Source: Candidatus Omnitrophota bacterium (lineage in GTDB: Bacteria > Omnitrophota > Gorgyraeia > Tantalellales > Tantalellaceae). Taken from it: a stretch of 64,000 nucleotides of DNA. The position numbers were made by a program, and so were the translations under genes. Positions 49,025-59,400 of this stretch are shown in pieces. The stretch covers positions 2,467 to 66,466 of the forward strand of contig JBAYES010000003.1 of NCBI GenBank assembly GCA_041667545.1, written 5' to 3'. The notes under the pieces were generated by a model, which was not told the DNA's origin, searched no databases, and saw nothing but the letters and a program-made list of their open reading frames with translations. Within the stretch, counting starts at the first letter, position 1. Every line of letters starts with the position of its first letter.

Positions 49025-50062
49025 TCACTTCTGTTCACTTTCCATCTCAAATAGATGAACAGAACCATCGTTTAACTGTTCAACAACGTCCTGAACAGTT
49101 GAGTCCTTTATTCCCCATACTGCTGCCTTGCCGTTCTTCCCTTTTTTCTCAAAGATGGTGGTGTTTGCGAGTAGGATTCGTTTTACCTTCTCTTTACTCA
49201 TCTTTGTGTTAGCAACAAGCTCCTTCACTGTTTTATCCCCCGAGTCCAAACTTGCTCTGATACTTTCAATACCCACATCACCTTTATCACCATCGAGCAA
49301 CTCAATCCCTACAATTGCTTTTCCCGATTTGATTGAACGATAGAAGATATCTTGACGGTCTTGATACTTGTAGAAGCACCTAATATGAACGGCATCCTTC
49401 TTTTTGTTAAATTCAAGCCCTAGAAGAAAATCCCAAGCCGCATCTAAATCAGCCGACCCACTAAGCCAAGTTGCAGAATTTTCCTTGTTCCGACCTTCAT
49501 TTTTGACACAATGATGAATTATCACCATAGTTATGTCATTTTCCCGCTGGATACGTTTCAACCCGTCAATAACTGGTCCTGTGGCGGAATTACTGTTAAT
49601 ATCCCTCCCCCCGACAATTCGTAGTAGGGGGTCGATAAACACTATCAGGGGCATTTCTTTCGGGTCCATATCCAAGATTTGTTTCACGTCCGCCTCAAGT
49701 CGAGAGATGTCTTCTGGGAATCTCATGGATTTTGCACTACTTAAAAGTAAACCTCTCCCCAATTCCCCTCCCGATAAATTCAACAACCCTTCTGCAACCT
49801 TATAATCCATTTCATCGAGGTTAATCATCAAAACCTTAGCTCGTTTAGCAGCATATCTACCAAGAACTTTTCCACCGTTTATTACCTTCACCCCAATCAC
49901 CCTACTGAGTAAACTCTTGCCACCGTGAGGAGAACTGTTCCCTTTTGGGGGACCTGCAATGAACCCAAAACCTTTTTGCAATAAATCTTCAATCACCCAT
50001 TCCTCTTCTCTCTTCTCAATATCATTTGCATCACGAAACCCGAATCCTTTTATTTTTTCCAT
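49025..50062 (-). CDS. RecA-fold ATPase, AAA_25/RepA-DnaB-like (island replication/primase-associated helicase loader)
   Basis: Walker A-like GFIAGPPKGNSSPHGGKSLL. Walker B-like LMINLDE / VIIHH. Confidence 0.45.
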   Translation of the reverse strand: MEKIKGFGFRDANDIEKREEEWVIEDLLQKGFGFIAGPPKGNSSPHGGKSLLSRVIGVKVINGGKVLGRYAAKRAKVLMINLDEMDYKVAEGLLNLSGGELGRGLLLSSAKSMRFPEDISRLEADVKQILDMDPKEMPLIVFIDPLLRIVGGRDINSNSATGPVIDGLKRIQRENDITMVIIHHCVKNEGRNKENSATWLSGSADLDAAWDFLLGLEFNKKKDAVHIRCFYKYQDRQDIFYRSIKSGKAIVGIELLDGDKGDVGIESIRASLDSGDKTVKELVANTKMSKEKVKRILLANTTIFEKKGKNGKAAVWGIKDSTVQDVVEQLNDGSVHLFEMESEQK

Positions 50063-50084
50063 ATCCGCTCCATAAGTATAACTA

Positions 50085-50348
50085 TCACTTGTTCCTAAAA
50101 ATTATGTCCTTGAAATCCCGAACCGCTCGGGTAAATTCACGGGCATTAACCATCGCCTTCCCAGACCAATAAGAACTGGACAACTCCTCACACTCCCCCC
50201 TATTCTCGAAAACGAAATAGAAGTCCCCGTTCCCGTTAGGTTCGACTCTTAGGAAGTCCATACCTGCCGCTTCCAAGAAGGCGGCTTCCATCAAATCTTT
50301 TGTTTTTGTTTCATTTCTATTCATAGTTCCCTCCATAATTTCAGTCAA
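50085..50348 (-). CDS. hypothetical protein
   Basis: ORF only. Confidence 0.3.
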   Translation of the reverse strand: MTEIMEGTMNRNETKTKDLMEAAFLEAAGMDFLRVEPNGNGDFYFVFENRGECEELSSSYWSGKAMVNAREFTRAVRDFKDIIFRNK

Positions 50349-50381
50349 CGTTTACTGTAATTGAATATGCAAAAAAACTCT

Positions 50382-51017
50382 CTATTCCTTAGTTATTGCT
50401 TGAACCCACTGCTCTACTAAAACAGGCATTGTAATTTTACCGTCTTTAGCTCGGGAAAGATTCTTCTTTAAATACTCTACCCCACTCTCCTCAAATTTTT
50501 TCTTGTAAGAAGCGTTCAAATTCATTAAAGACAATATCGCAGCTTGTTCTAAATCAAATGAACTTCTATCTCTTCCTCCCTGAGAATAAACTTTATAAAA
50601 TGCATTGTAGGTTTGCTTTACCCAAGCCGTAAAAAGATTGAAGTGCTGCTGCCCGTACATCTGCTGAAATTTTGGCAGTTTAAACTTATCTCCTAATATC
50701 TTAATTTCTTCTAGAGTAAAACCAAGATAATTCTGCAAGAAATAATAAACCGCTAAATCTTTTAAAATGGTTTTGGGATAATATTTACATTTATCATAGG
50801 GAATACGTTCTGGAGGTGGTAACAATCCTAACTTCCGATAATAGTTAAGAGTTCTCCACGTGAGAGAAAGTCCATATTTCTTGCCCTGTTCAACAAAATC
50901 AGTAAGCGGCAGTAGTATTGTGTCGGGATATGTTTCCTCTTGCGACTTGATTTTCATATTCATCTCCTTTAAATATTCACTCAACGTATAGTGTAAGTGT
51001 ATCATAAAAACCAACAC
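50382..51017 (-). CDS. MerR-like HTH protein (hypothetical regulator)
   Basis: Segment LSLTWRTLNYYRKLGLLPPPER. Confidence 0.35.
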   Translation of the reverse strand: MLVFMIHLHYTLSEYLKEMNMKIKSQEETYPDTILLPLTDFVEQGKKYGLSLTWRTLNYYRKLGLLPPPERIPYDKCKYYPKTILKDLAVYYFLQNYLGFTLEEIKILGDKFKLPKFQQMYGQQHFNLFTAWVKQTYNAFYKVYSQGGRDRSSFDLEQAAILSLMNLNASYKKKFEESGVEYLKKNLSRAKDGKITMPVLVEQWVQAITKE

Positions 51018-51115
51018 TTGTCAAGTTCAGTAACTTTTTATATGCCGCTTTTTTTAGATAATGTTATTGGTTTTGCCATGCGATTTTGGAACAACGGAGT
51101 TTCGTTGTGGGAGAA

Positions 51116-52393
51116 TTATCTTGCCAACCGCTTGAGTTCTCTATACTCTTCTTTGGAGGTTCTCCACCCTTTCTCATATGTGAATTTCACTGTCTGGGTT
51201 TCACCCCCCACACTTAAACTAACAGCAACCTCCTCACCCCCAACAAGATAGAATGGCATTACAACGTCAAATGTACCGCTAAAAATAGCCCCAGGCTCCA
51301 ACGTAACTTTTTCTATATATCTGTCATTAAGAAACCTTATAGCTTTCCCCCTCTTTTCTTCCATAGCACTCGGGGAAGCACCAACCAAATCTGCAAAAGG
51401 TTCAAACAAAGCACCTATCAATCCAAATCTTTCCGAGGTGCTTCTAGCATCTTTAACATTTCTTTCCCCAAGTTTAAATGCAGCATCCATTACTTCTCTT
51501 TTAGACATCACATAACACGTTTTCCCCTCAACCGTAACTTTAATGTGGCTGGGGTCGAATTCGATAGGTATTTCTGACTCATTAGTTCCTGAAATAATTA
51601 TGGCAAGCCTTTGATTCTCAAGCTGGACTTGAACGACATAATCCAATCCAGATATGTTGCCCCCGTTTGTGGTGGGTCTATAATACTGTCTATCCAAGTC
51701 TAGGGGTTTGAGAAATTCCTGAGTGAATATTTCTCGTCTTGAGAACCTATGTTTTTTTCTTTCATTCCTCACAAGTGCTGGTGTTATCATTTTATCCTTA
51801 ACAAGATTGTAGATAATACCGTCAACATACGAAAGTAAATCCTTGCGAGAAACGGTTGAATATCCCAGACCTGACCATATCAGATTTTGGGTATTGGTAT
51901 CATATATGCTAACAATGACTCCTATCACGTACTCTGGGACATAGTATCCACCTGATACTGTAGTTGTCGTAGTCGCAGTACCAGTCGTATCACTATTGGA
52001 AGTTGCATTAAAATTTATAAAGCTGCCCGTTCCAAAAGCCATTCCAGAAATATTTGAAGAGGTATCTGCTGAATAAGTAGTAGTTGAATATGCAGACGGA
52101 GGGATGTATCTTTGTCGAACATCATCAAAAATTAATGCCGTTACTACCAAATCCGCTTCCTCCATACTATCAACGTACTCGTACCCTTCTCTCTTTAGAT
52201 GAAAGGACAGATTCTGCAATACATATATTTCCCTTAAAAACTCGGGGGTATCAGGCATACGAGAACTTATAACTGTGAAAGTCTTATAATCCATCAGGCT
52301 CGAGTTCCCCTCGGAAACTAAGATTGGTGATGCCTGTACAGAATTCGATGCTAAAAAGCACAACACCACTGTCAGCACTATAATCTTCTTCAT
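51116..52393 (-). CDS. secreted protein with N-terminal signal peptide (start assumed at MKKIIVLTVV)
   Basis: Signal peptide MKKIIVLTVVLCFLASNSVQA. Ser/Thr-rich middle segment. Confidence 0.45.
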   Translation of the reverse strand: MKKIIVLTVVLCFLASNSVQASPILVSEGNSSLMDYKTFTVISSRMPDTPEFLREIYVLQNLSFHLKREGYEYVDSMEEADLVVTALIFDDVRQRYIPPSAYSTTTYSADTSSNISGMAFGTGSFINFNATSNSDTTGTATTTTTVSGGYYVPEYVIGVIVSIYDTNTQNLIWSGLGYSTVSRKDLLSYVDGIIYNLVKDKMITPALVRNERKKHRFSRREIFTQEFLKPLDLDRQYYRPTTNGGNISGLDYVVQVQLENQRLAIIISGTNESEIPIEFDPSHIKVTVEGKTCYVMSKREVMDAAFKLGERNVKDARSTSERFGLIGALFEPFADLVGASPSAMEEKRGKAIRFLNDRYIEKVTLEPGAIFSGTFDVVMPFYLVGGEEVAVSLSVGGETQTVKFTYEKGWRTSKEEYRELKRLAR

Positions 52394-52780
52394 TCCTTCT
52401 CCTCTTATACTCAAACAAATTATTTAGTCACCGTCATCATAGCCCCGATTAAAGCCCCTAAGACTGTGCTGATGATTGGATTACTTGTCATGGGGCAAGT
52501 GCCAGCAACACATTTACCGTAATATCCTATAGCAAAACCGATACCGCCGCCTATAATTATTCCGAGTATGGTTTTAATCATTGTTATTCCTCACCACTAA
52601 ACAATTGTAAGAAAGGGCTTTTCTTTGTTTCTTCAGTAGATACATCAGACACATTGGACATTACTTTGGATTGTTCACTGCAAGTTGCTAATAGACCCAG
52701 CACCCCGAGAATAACTACTAGCCAAAAAATCACACTAGGTCTTGCAGTTAACTCATCTGAAATAGAGTAGCGTTTTTTAC

Positions 52781-53056
52781 TCATTCCTTCTCCCTTAAAG
52801 TTCTAATAGCCCAGATTATGAATCTTGCGATGAGGTATACAAAATATAGGACAATACCCGCCCAAAAACTCCACGTCATAATCAGCTCACCTTGACTCTG
52901 TGCCGTTTGGATTTGGTTGCGACTAATACCCCATAAATAAGACCACGATTCAGGCTTCATATATGCATACAGCCCCATGCCGATAAAAGTACATATGCTC
53001 CCAAGAAAAGCTAAAATGACCAACCCTTCCCTTGCTATGATTTTTCTAATGTTCAT
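52781..53056 (-). CDS. small membrane protein (2 TM)
   Basis: Hydrophobic segments. Confidence 0.35.
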   Translation of the reverse strand: MNIRKIIAREGLVILAFLGSICTFIGMGLYAYMKPESWSYLWGISRNQIQTAQSQGELIMTWSFWAGIVLYFVYLIARFIIWAIRTLREKE

Positions 53057-53289
53057 TTTGCCTCAGGTATTCTTTTTAGTGGAGATATCGGAAGTGTTTG
53101 CTTCCAATCTCCGTTCCCATATGTATCGCTCTCGATGATACCCCTTACAATATTAAGCCTGTAAGTGACTGTACCATCTTCAGAAACATACAACTTATAT
53201 TTGGGGACAACTCTTTCTCCTATTGCCAGTAGCATAAATCCAATTAGCAACAAAAGCAGTACCACTTGCGAAAACATTTTCCAACCCAT
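53053..53289 (-). CDS. small membrane/secreted protein
   Basis: N-terminal TM/signal segment VVLLLLLIGFMLLAIG. Confidence 0.35.
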   Translation of the reverse strand: MGWKMFSQVVLLLLLIGFMLLAIGERVVPKYKLYVSEDGTVTYRLNIVRGIIESDTYGNGDWKQTLPISPLKRIPEAK

Positions 53290-54108
53290 AACAACCTCGC
53301 TTGTTAACTATGCTTCCTCTAATTAGGGAAAAAGCACAACATAATTATATATCCCAGGATAGCGGTAATCCCAAGAAATGTCATTGCTTCCCGAGCATCT
53401 TCACCAAAAATAAATCCTATTTTCTTGGCTACCTTCGGAAAAAGCAACATAAAGAGTCCAGCAACTGCCCCCGAGATAACAAAAGGCAAAATACTTAACC
53501 ACATCTAAACCTCACCTCTTCTTTTTCCCAACCTTCAACTTCAAAGCCAACTGCTGCTTCCGTTCTCTCTGCAGGCGGGATATGTCTTTTTGACGTCTGG
53601 TTATTGTGTGCTTGGTCATTATTAAAAATTACAACCCTATCATATTTAACAAGGCAAAGATGCCCGCTCCTATAACTACGCCAATTAGTATCTTCCATAC
53701 ATCACTTAATTTTTTATCTACCCCTACCCTTTCTAATTGCGAAATGATTAAACACGCTAGAATGAACGCTATTACAATCTTCATTATGACTCACCTCACA
53801 TTCATTGAGTATGTTTCCCCTATTTCACAAGGTCAGACACTTCACCGTCCCCCACCTGTTCCTTATTGTCGAACATAGACCCTTTTTACCTCGGGACAAT
53901 TATCACCCGTATAGACCCAAGAGCCATCCATATCAAATAAATACCGTACACAATAAGAGTCAGGTAAATTATTGTTCCTATGACCTTTCCTGTTATCTCA
54001 CATATCTTTTTGTTACTGAAAATCAGGACAAACACGGACAATATCGCAACTACCCAAGTCCAGTCCATTCCCTTCACTCTCCACCGATTTATACCAAGCT
54101 TGATTAAA

Positions 54109-54471
54109 TTACCCCTTAAGGATAAATAGAACAACCGCAACAAGCAACAATACCACTATAAGCCACAATCGCAGAGGTATGCGTAGAGCGATAAAAGCAA
54201 CAATTAGCGATGGTAACCAGCCCAGCCCTAACCCAAAGAGAAAACCGTATGTTGCCACACAGTATATATAACATCCCAAGAACACCGCACAAGCAACTGC
54301 GACTCTACTAAAATTACCTACACTCTCCCAAAAATAAAACTCGTCTATGGAATTATCAACTAACGGAATACCTTCCCCATCGTCTCCCACTAAACTCCCT
54401 CCACAATCCAAACATACACCCCAGCTATCATCGTATTCTTTTCCGCATTTTGGACATTTTCTCACAAACAC
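54109..54471 (-). CDS. zinc-ribbon plus 2-TM membrane protein
   Basis: Motifs CPKCGKEY...CLDCGG followed by hydrophobic helices. Confidence 0.4.
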   Translation of the reverse strand: MFVRKCPKCGKEYDDSWGVCLDCGGSLVGDDGEGIPLVDNSIDEFYFWESVGNFSRVAVACAVFLGCYIYCVATYGFLFGLGLGWLPSLIVAFIALRIPLRLWLIVVLLLVAVVLFILKG

Positions 54472-54485
54472 CTCACACCCCTTCT

Positions 54486-55046
54486 CTACTTTAAAACTTT
54501 GAATGACATTACAGCGTTTTCTATCTTTGAAATATTTTCATAAAACCCTCTCTCGCTTGAAGTACAAGTTATTCTATAGAGAACACTCCCTCTTCGAATA
54601 TAGTAATATCGATGTTTAATTTTAACGCTTCGGGTTGCTTGGTCTAAGTTAGTAAATGTTATATATTTTGCAGGCACTCCTCCAACAATAATCTCCCCCC
54701 TATCCACCAAATTAAAATTAGGATAAATCCCAGGAGCTTGTTGAAAAAAAGCTTTCAGATATTCTTCTATATAATTTTTCCCCTTTGCTTCTATACGACT
54801 AATAATAAAATTGTCTATGAAACCATCAATTCTATTCCCTTCTGGTGCAGCAAACGCTATTCCTTTCCCTCCCCCACCTACTTCAATATCTTGAACTATC
54901 CAATCTAATGGGTAATCGATTTGGAAATTCATTTTTGGATTTCTATATACCTGTGTAGAGCTATCAGCAAAACAAATACCATTTATTAAAATTAGGGTAA
55001 TAAAAATAATCAAACTATGTCTCTTCACTTTTTTCTCCTTATTCAA
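54486..55046 (-). CDS. secreted protein with signal peptide
   Basis: Signal-like segment LIIFITLILINGICFADSS. Confidence 0.4.
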   Translation of the reverse strand: MNKEKKVKRHSLIIFITLILINGICFADSSTQVYRNPKMNFQIDYPLDWIVQDIEVGGGGKGIAFAAPEGNRIDGFIDNFIISRIEAKGKNYIEEYLKAFFQQAPGIYPNFNLVDRGEIIVGGVPAKYITFTNLDQATRSVKIKHRYYYIRRGSVLYRITCTSSERGFYENISKIENAVMSFKVLK

Positions 55047-55278
55047 ACAAAAAAGGCAACCTCCCTCACCTCGAGAAAGATTGCCTTAAATAAATAACAA
55101 GAGTCTATGCACCATCGCACCCCTTATTAGCTGTATCATCGTGACGATACGTCATTATAGCCCTTCAACGGGCATTCCTCAAGGATTTAGTGTCGTTCCA
55201 GACACAGACCCCTCCGAGACCCACCTCTAGGGGGGATTTTTATATTACCTCGGCATTAAAGATTAAATAAACGACCGT

Positions 55279-55587
55279 TTGTTTATTTGCACCCCTCAAC
55301 ACCGTCAGTATACTTGTTGTATGGCTAAGTCTCCTGATTTTATTACGAAGAATAATCTCGATTGGCTTTACAATTTTATCAATTGGTCTGTTGCCTCTGC
55401 TATTCTTCTCTTTATCTTTTGCCTAATAGACTACTTTTGGGGAAAAGACCCTATAACCGTTAAACAAGGTATCCTTATAATGCTTATAGGCACTCCAGTT
55501 TTAGGTCTTTTTCATGTCTTAAGGATAATCATTTGGAACAATATGATTAAAGCTTGGAAACGCAGTAAAGCAGACCCTTCAGATTAG
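55279..55587 (+). CDS. small membrane protein (2 TM)
   Basis: Hydrophobic segments. Confidence 0.35.
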   Translation: MFICTPQHRQYTCCMAKSPDFITKNNLDWLYNFINWSVASAILLFIFCLIDYFWGKDPITVKQGILIMLIGTPVLGLFHVLRIIIWNNMIKAWKRSKADPSD

Positions 55588-55885
55588 TAAATAAACGAAC
55601 GATTATTTATTTGATAACATCACAGTTTATGGGTAGGTGCTAACTACAGGGGAGAATTTCTTACTTTCTGGGGGGTTGCCCCCTTGCGGAGTAGGTTGTA
55701 TCGCTGGGAGTGGGGCTACGGTAGCCTACAGAAGAAATAACAGCATTTCTAATACGATACTTGGATAGTCCTGCCTTACCCTAAAAACCCAAATTCATAA
55801 AAAAATACGCGAGATATGTGAGACCGATACCAAAACTATGACGGTGGCACCCACCCCCACAGGCGACTTAGGTCGGGGCGGCTCT

Positions 55886-55910
55886 TGGTGCTTATTTGGT
55901 GCTTAGAATA
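55886..55910. repeat. 25-bp direct repeat, right copy (noncoding), 128 bp inside the right tRNA-fragment repeat
   Basis: Seen directly in the sequence. Confidence 0.6.
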
Positions 55911-56037
55911 CCGCCAGAGAGGGTTTGATAGGGGCGAATTGGTACAAATAGAGCCAAATTGGGTTATCTAATGTTTATAGGGGGTTCAGCGTATAGTGCA
56001 GTGTTTTCGGGGGTTACGGAGAATCAGCCTGTTCGTC

Positions 56038-56078
56038 TTAGCAAACCGTTGCCTTCAGCCAGCTCAGCCACCTCTCCG
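56038..56078. repeat. 41-bp direct repeat, right copy (displaced partial tRNA-Ser 5' half); candidate att site
   Basis: Identical to 46111-46151; the flanking sequence diverges immediately outside. Confidence 0.8.
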
Positions 56079-56425
56079 TTCTTCTTCGCCCTACAACCCT
56101 TTAACTACTGGTAGGGCTTCGAAGGAACTATCATATGTTCCTGCGAAGCTGTACCAGCGGTCCTACTTGTTTTCCGGCGAAGCAGAACACCTCTCCTCAC
56201 CATATCGCAACTATTTCTACAAATCGCCCCATGGAGCTATGGCGATAAAACCTACAGCTTTGGATTTTAGCATACTTTAACGTATTTGAGAAGTATTTCT
56301 GAAAACCCCCGAATTGACTCACATTAAATGTTACCGAAGGCAGAAGAAAATTGAATCGTTGACTCAAAATTAATGTTACCGAAGAATACACCCTCTATAT
56401 GATTCTGGGCATAAAACAACTTGTG

Positions 56426-59400
56426 TTAAAGTGAACGGTCTATCGCTTCCCAGGCGGCGCGTTGATTAGCGATATCCTGCCATTCTGCCAGCTGGATCGT
56501 TATAACGCTCCCGGGAGCGAAAAGACGCTTAATTATGTCCCTGGGGTCCTCTTCCCCGTCCAGCATAGCGGTAAGAAGGTAAAGAAGACCGCGGTAGTTA
56601 TTTTCGTCCTGTTTAGCCTCGGATGAAAGCCTGTCATACTCCAGCATATTGAACCCAAGCCCGAAAAGTGAAACAAGATCGGGGTCTTCTCCCGAGTCAA
56701 TTATCTGGAACACTATTCTCTCATCTTGCAGAGAAACCATCCGGCCGTCTATCTCTTCATATTTGAGAAATTTTTCTGCGCTTTCGGGCACCATTATAAC
56801 GGCGCGGCCGACCCAGTCTTTGTTCTCAGGAAGGTCAAGAGCTGATATACAGCTATCTACAGCCTCTCCTATGACCCGGGGAAGATCATGTTCGGTATAA
56901 AATTCCTTTATGTCCGACCGCGCGAAAAGTTTATACGGGAACTGGCCGAGATTCTTTATTATGCGCTGTATGTGTCCTCTTGCTCCGTTAACTCTCCCCA
57001 CCTGGACTACCTGACTCACAACGTTAAAATGCCCGGTCTTATGGTAATTCGACATCCCTTCCACCATACATCCTGTCCGCAGGGCCATGCGAAATTCAGC
57101 TCGCCTCTCTATCGGCTGCTTCTTGATCTCCGCTTTAATACGAGAAATACCCTCAATGCCGCCGCTCTTTTTTATGCTGTCCAACATTCCCCCAGTAAGG
57201 GCCAGGCGATCGAGCCTCTCCGCTTCAAATAGCGGGAGCAGACCATCCAGAGGCCCTTCGAGTCTCGGGGCGGCCCGGTTCGCAATGTGAGTTTGAAGTC
57301 CGGACGGGTCCATATCATTGAAAACTCCGGGTTCTTCTATACGATATATACCTGTACCCCTCACCGTACTTGTCCCCGGATAAACTATATCGGGCTCTTT
57401 TGCTTTCTCGTCGGATACCAGTATATCTTCAGTAGGCTCCGTAATAAGTATGGCGCCTTCTTCGGCTATGGAAAATATGTTGGAAAGCGCTATAAAGTTC
57501 CTTATCCGAGGTTCCTTTGCCTTTTCTTGAGCATCACGGCCGACTACCCTCGAATAATAAGATGTCAGGTAATACACATTACGGAAAAAGATAAAATCGG
57601 CTGTCCTCCCATAATTTTCAAAAGCGTCTTTCCGCACCTCCGCCATCCCTTCTCTGTCAAGAACATTGACCCTGCACGGTTTTATTGTAAGGCTTTCTAA
57701 TCCGTGCTCTGTTAGAGGAGAAAGGGCTTCTGTGAACTTATGCCCTCTTGCCGCCCCGTCGGATATCGGGATCAGGCTCTGATCCGCCTCCATAGCGTAA
57801 GCGACGACCGACCAGTCCGATCTTTTCTCCCCAGATTTATCGAGTTCTTTAAGAAACATTGCGAGAGTCTCCCTAAGCTCAACAGGCTCCCTGCCTATGC
57901 CAATAAAATGTAGCACTATCCGTTTCTGAAGGTTCGGATCGTTTTTCGTCCTAAGTATGAATTCCCTCAATTCGGATGAGAGTTTCTCTTTCTGGGCGGC
58001 CAATCTCATGTCCACTCCGTGGTCCGGAAGCCCGTACGCGAAGGCCATAGCCCCGGGATTGTAGCTGAGAAGGCGGTCGGCAAGATAAGCATCTTTCGCA
58101 TCTTCCAGGCCCAGATCTCTCAAATGACCTCTAAGCGCGCCTATCTCTTGCGGGGCTCGACCTTTAAGAACGGTTATTTCGATCTCGTCGGGTGAGGTTT
58201 CCGCGGAGCCGGGCGTCAAGTCCGTACTGGGAGAGACTATTTCTGTTTTTTCAGGCTTTCCTTCCGACGCGGGAGGTGCCATTGTTTTGGCTCCGGCAGG
58301 TACGGGCTTATCCGACAAAACGGGATCCTCCGCGGGAGTACCATGATATCTTTCTATTCTTGTATCAGCTCCGAAACCAGTCACATATAGGGGATCGGGG
58401 TCGCCCGCCATTACCCCGATAGGATTGACAAACTGATCTGTCCCCGTACGGGTCTCCTTTCCAGCTATAAAAGCTTCATTTACAGGTTCACCTTCTCTGT
58501 CCTGGGCATTTATCAGCTTAAGGGGATTATCCAATATCTTTCTCAAAAAGTCAGTTTCGCGCTTGTCCGTTACGTTAAGCGCTACAAATTTCTTGCCGTC
58601 CTCTCTTGCCCATTTAGCGAACAGGTTGTACGTGTTCTCTATTATCCGCCGGTGTTTCTCCCTGTCTTTGTCTTTGGCGGACAGAGAGACGATCTGCCTG
58701 TCTATGGCTTTAAACTTAGTATCCTGCTGAGAAGAAGAAAGCGCGATAGGATTCGCCCAGCCTATGCGTTCTTCTTCGATATATATGTCGTATTTCCCCG
58801 TCCTTTCCGGGTCGGCCTTCATAGTTATGGTCCCGTACCGGTTTTGCGGCGACAGATCCCTGAAAGTTACGCTTACAAATTTGTCATTATCGTGGATATA
58901 TCTCTCGATAAGATTGCCGCTTTTATCAACGACAAAATGCCTGTGACCATGCTTATCCCTTATGGTCAAGTGCCCCGGGAACTCAATACCGGGCCGGTTG
59001 ACCGAGATCTCAAGTTCCGTTTTCTCTATCCGGGAAAGCCTTTTCAGAATCCTTTCACTCACTTTGCCATCCGTTGTGAACAATCGTTTAAGATAGAACT
59101 TCACGATACTTTCTTTAATGCCGGGGAATATCTCTGTCAGTGAGGCGGGATTTAGGGTTTCTCGAAGGACAGCGAATGTCCCGTAAGCGAAGACCGCGGC
59201 GGTAATGAACATAATAACCGCTCCGGCCAGCATAAGCCCCATACCTCCACTTGCGCCCATCTCCGCTATGGCCTTCCCGGTTAAAAATAACGCCGGCCCG
59301 GCGGCGGAATAGAGTACGGGAACCCGCATCGTCTGCTCTTCGCTAACGACCGGCCTTACCAGAGCGGGTTCGGAAATTATCTTTTTGAGCGTACCCTCTT

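Larger units (their letters stand above)
46152..56037. mobile_element. tyrosine-integrase genomic island (about 9.9 kb), AT-rich, abutting the 5' end of tRNA-Ser
   Basis: Int and Xis sit at the left end. Bounded by the 41-bp tRNA-derived direct repeats, with a nested 25-bp repeat pair. Base composition is visibly more AT-rich than the flanks. Confidence 0.6.

Noticed and set aside
55610-55760. GC-rich segment with several short hairpins (GGGGGttgCCCCC, GGCTACgGTAGCC) near the island's right end, considered as an ncRNA
   Set aside because: No recognisable RNA family signature (no T-loop, no tmRNA or riboswitch motifs) and no terminator; it may simply be att-proximal structured DNA.
56312-56386. 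Two about 25-bp imperfect direct repeats (TTGACTCAmAwTAAATGTTACCGAAG) downstream of the giant gene
   Set aside because: Only two copies, no associated ORF; it could be a weak regulatory or REP-like element. Noted but not interpretable.
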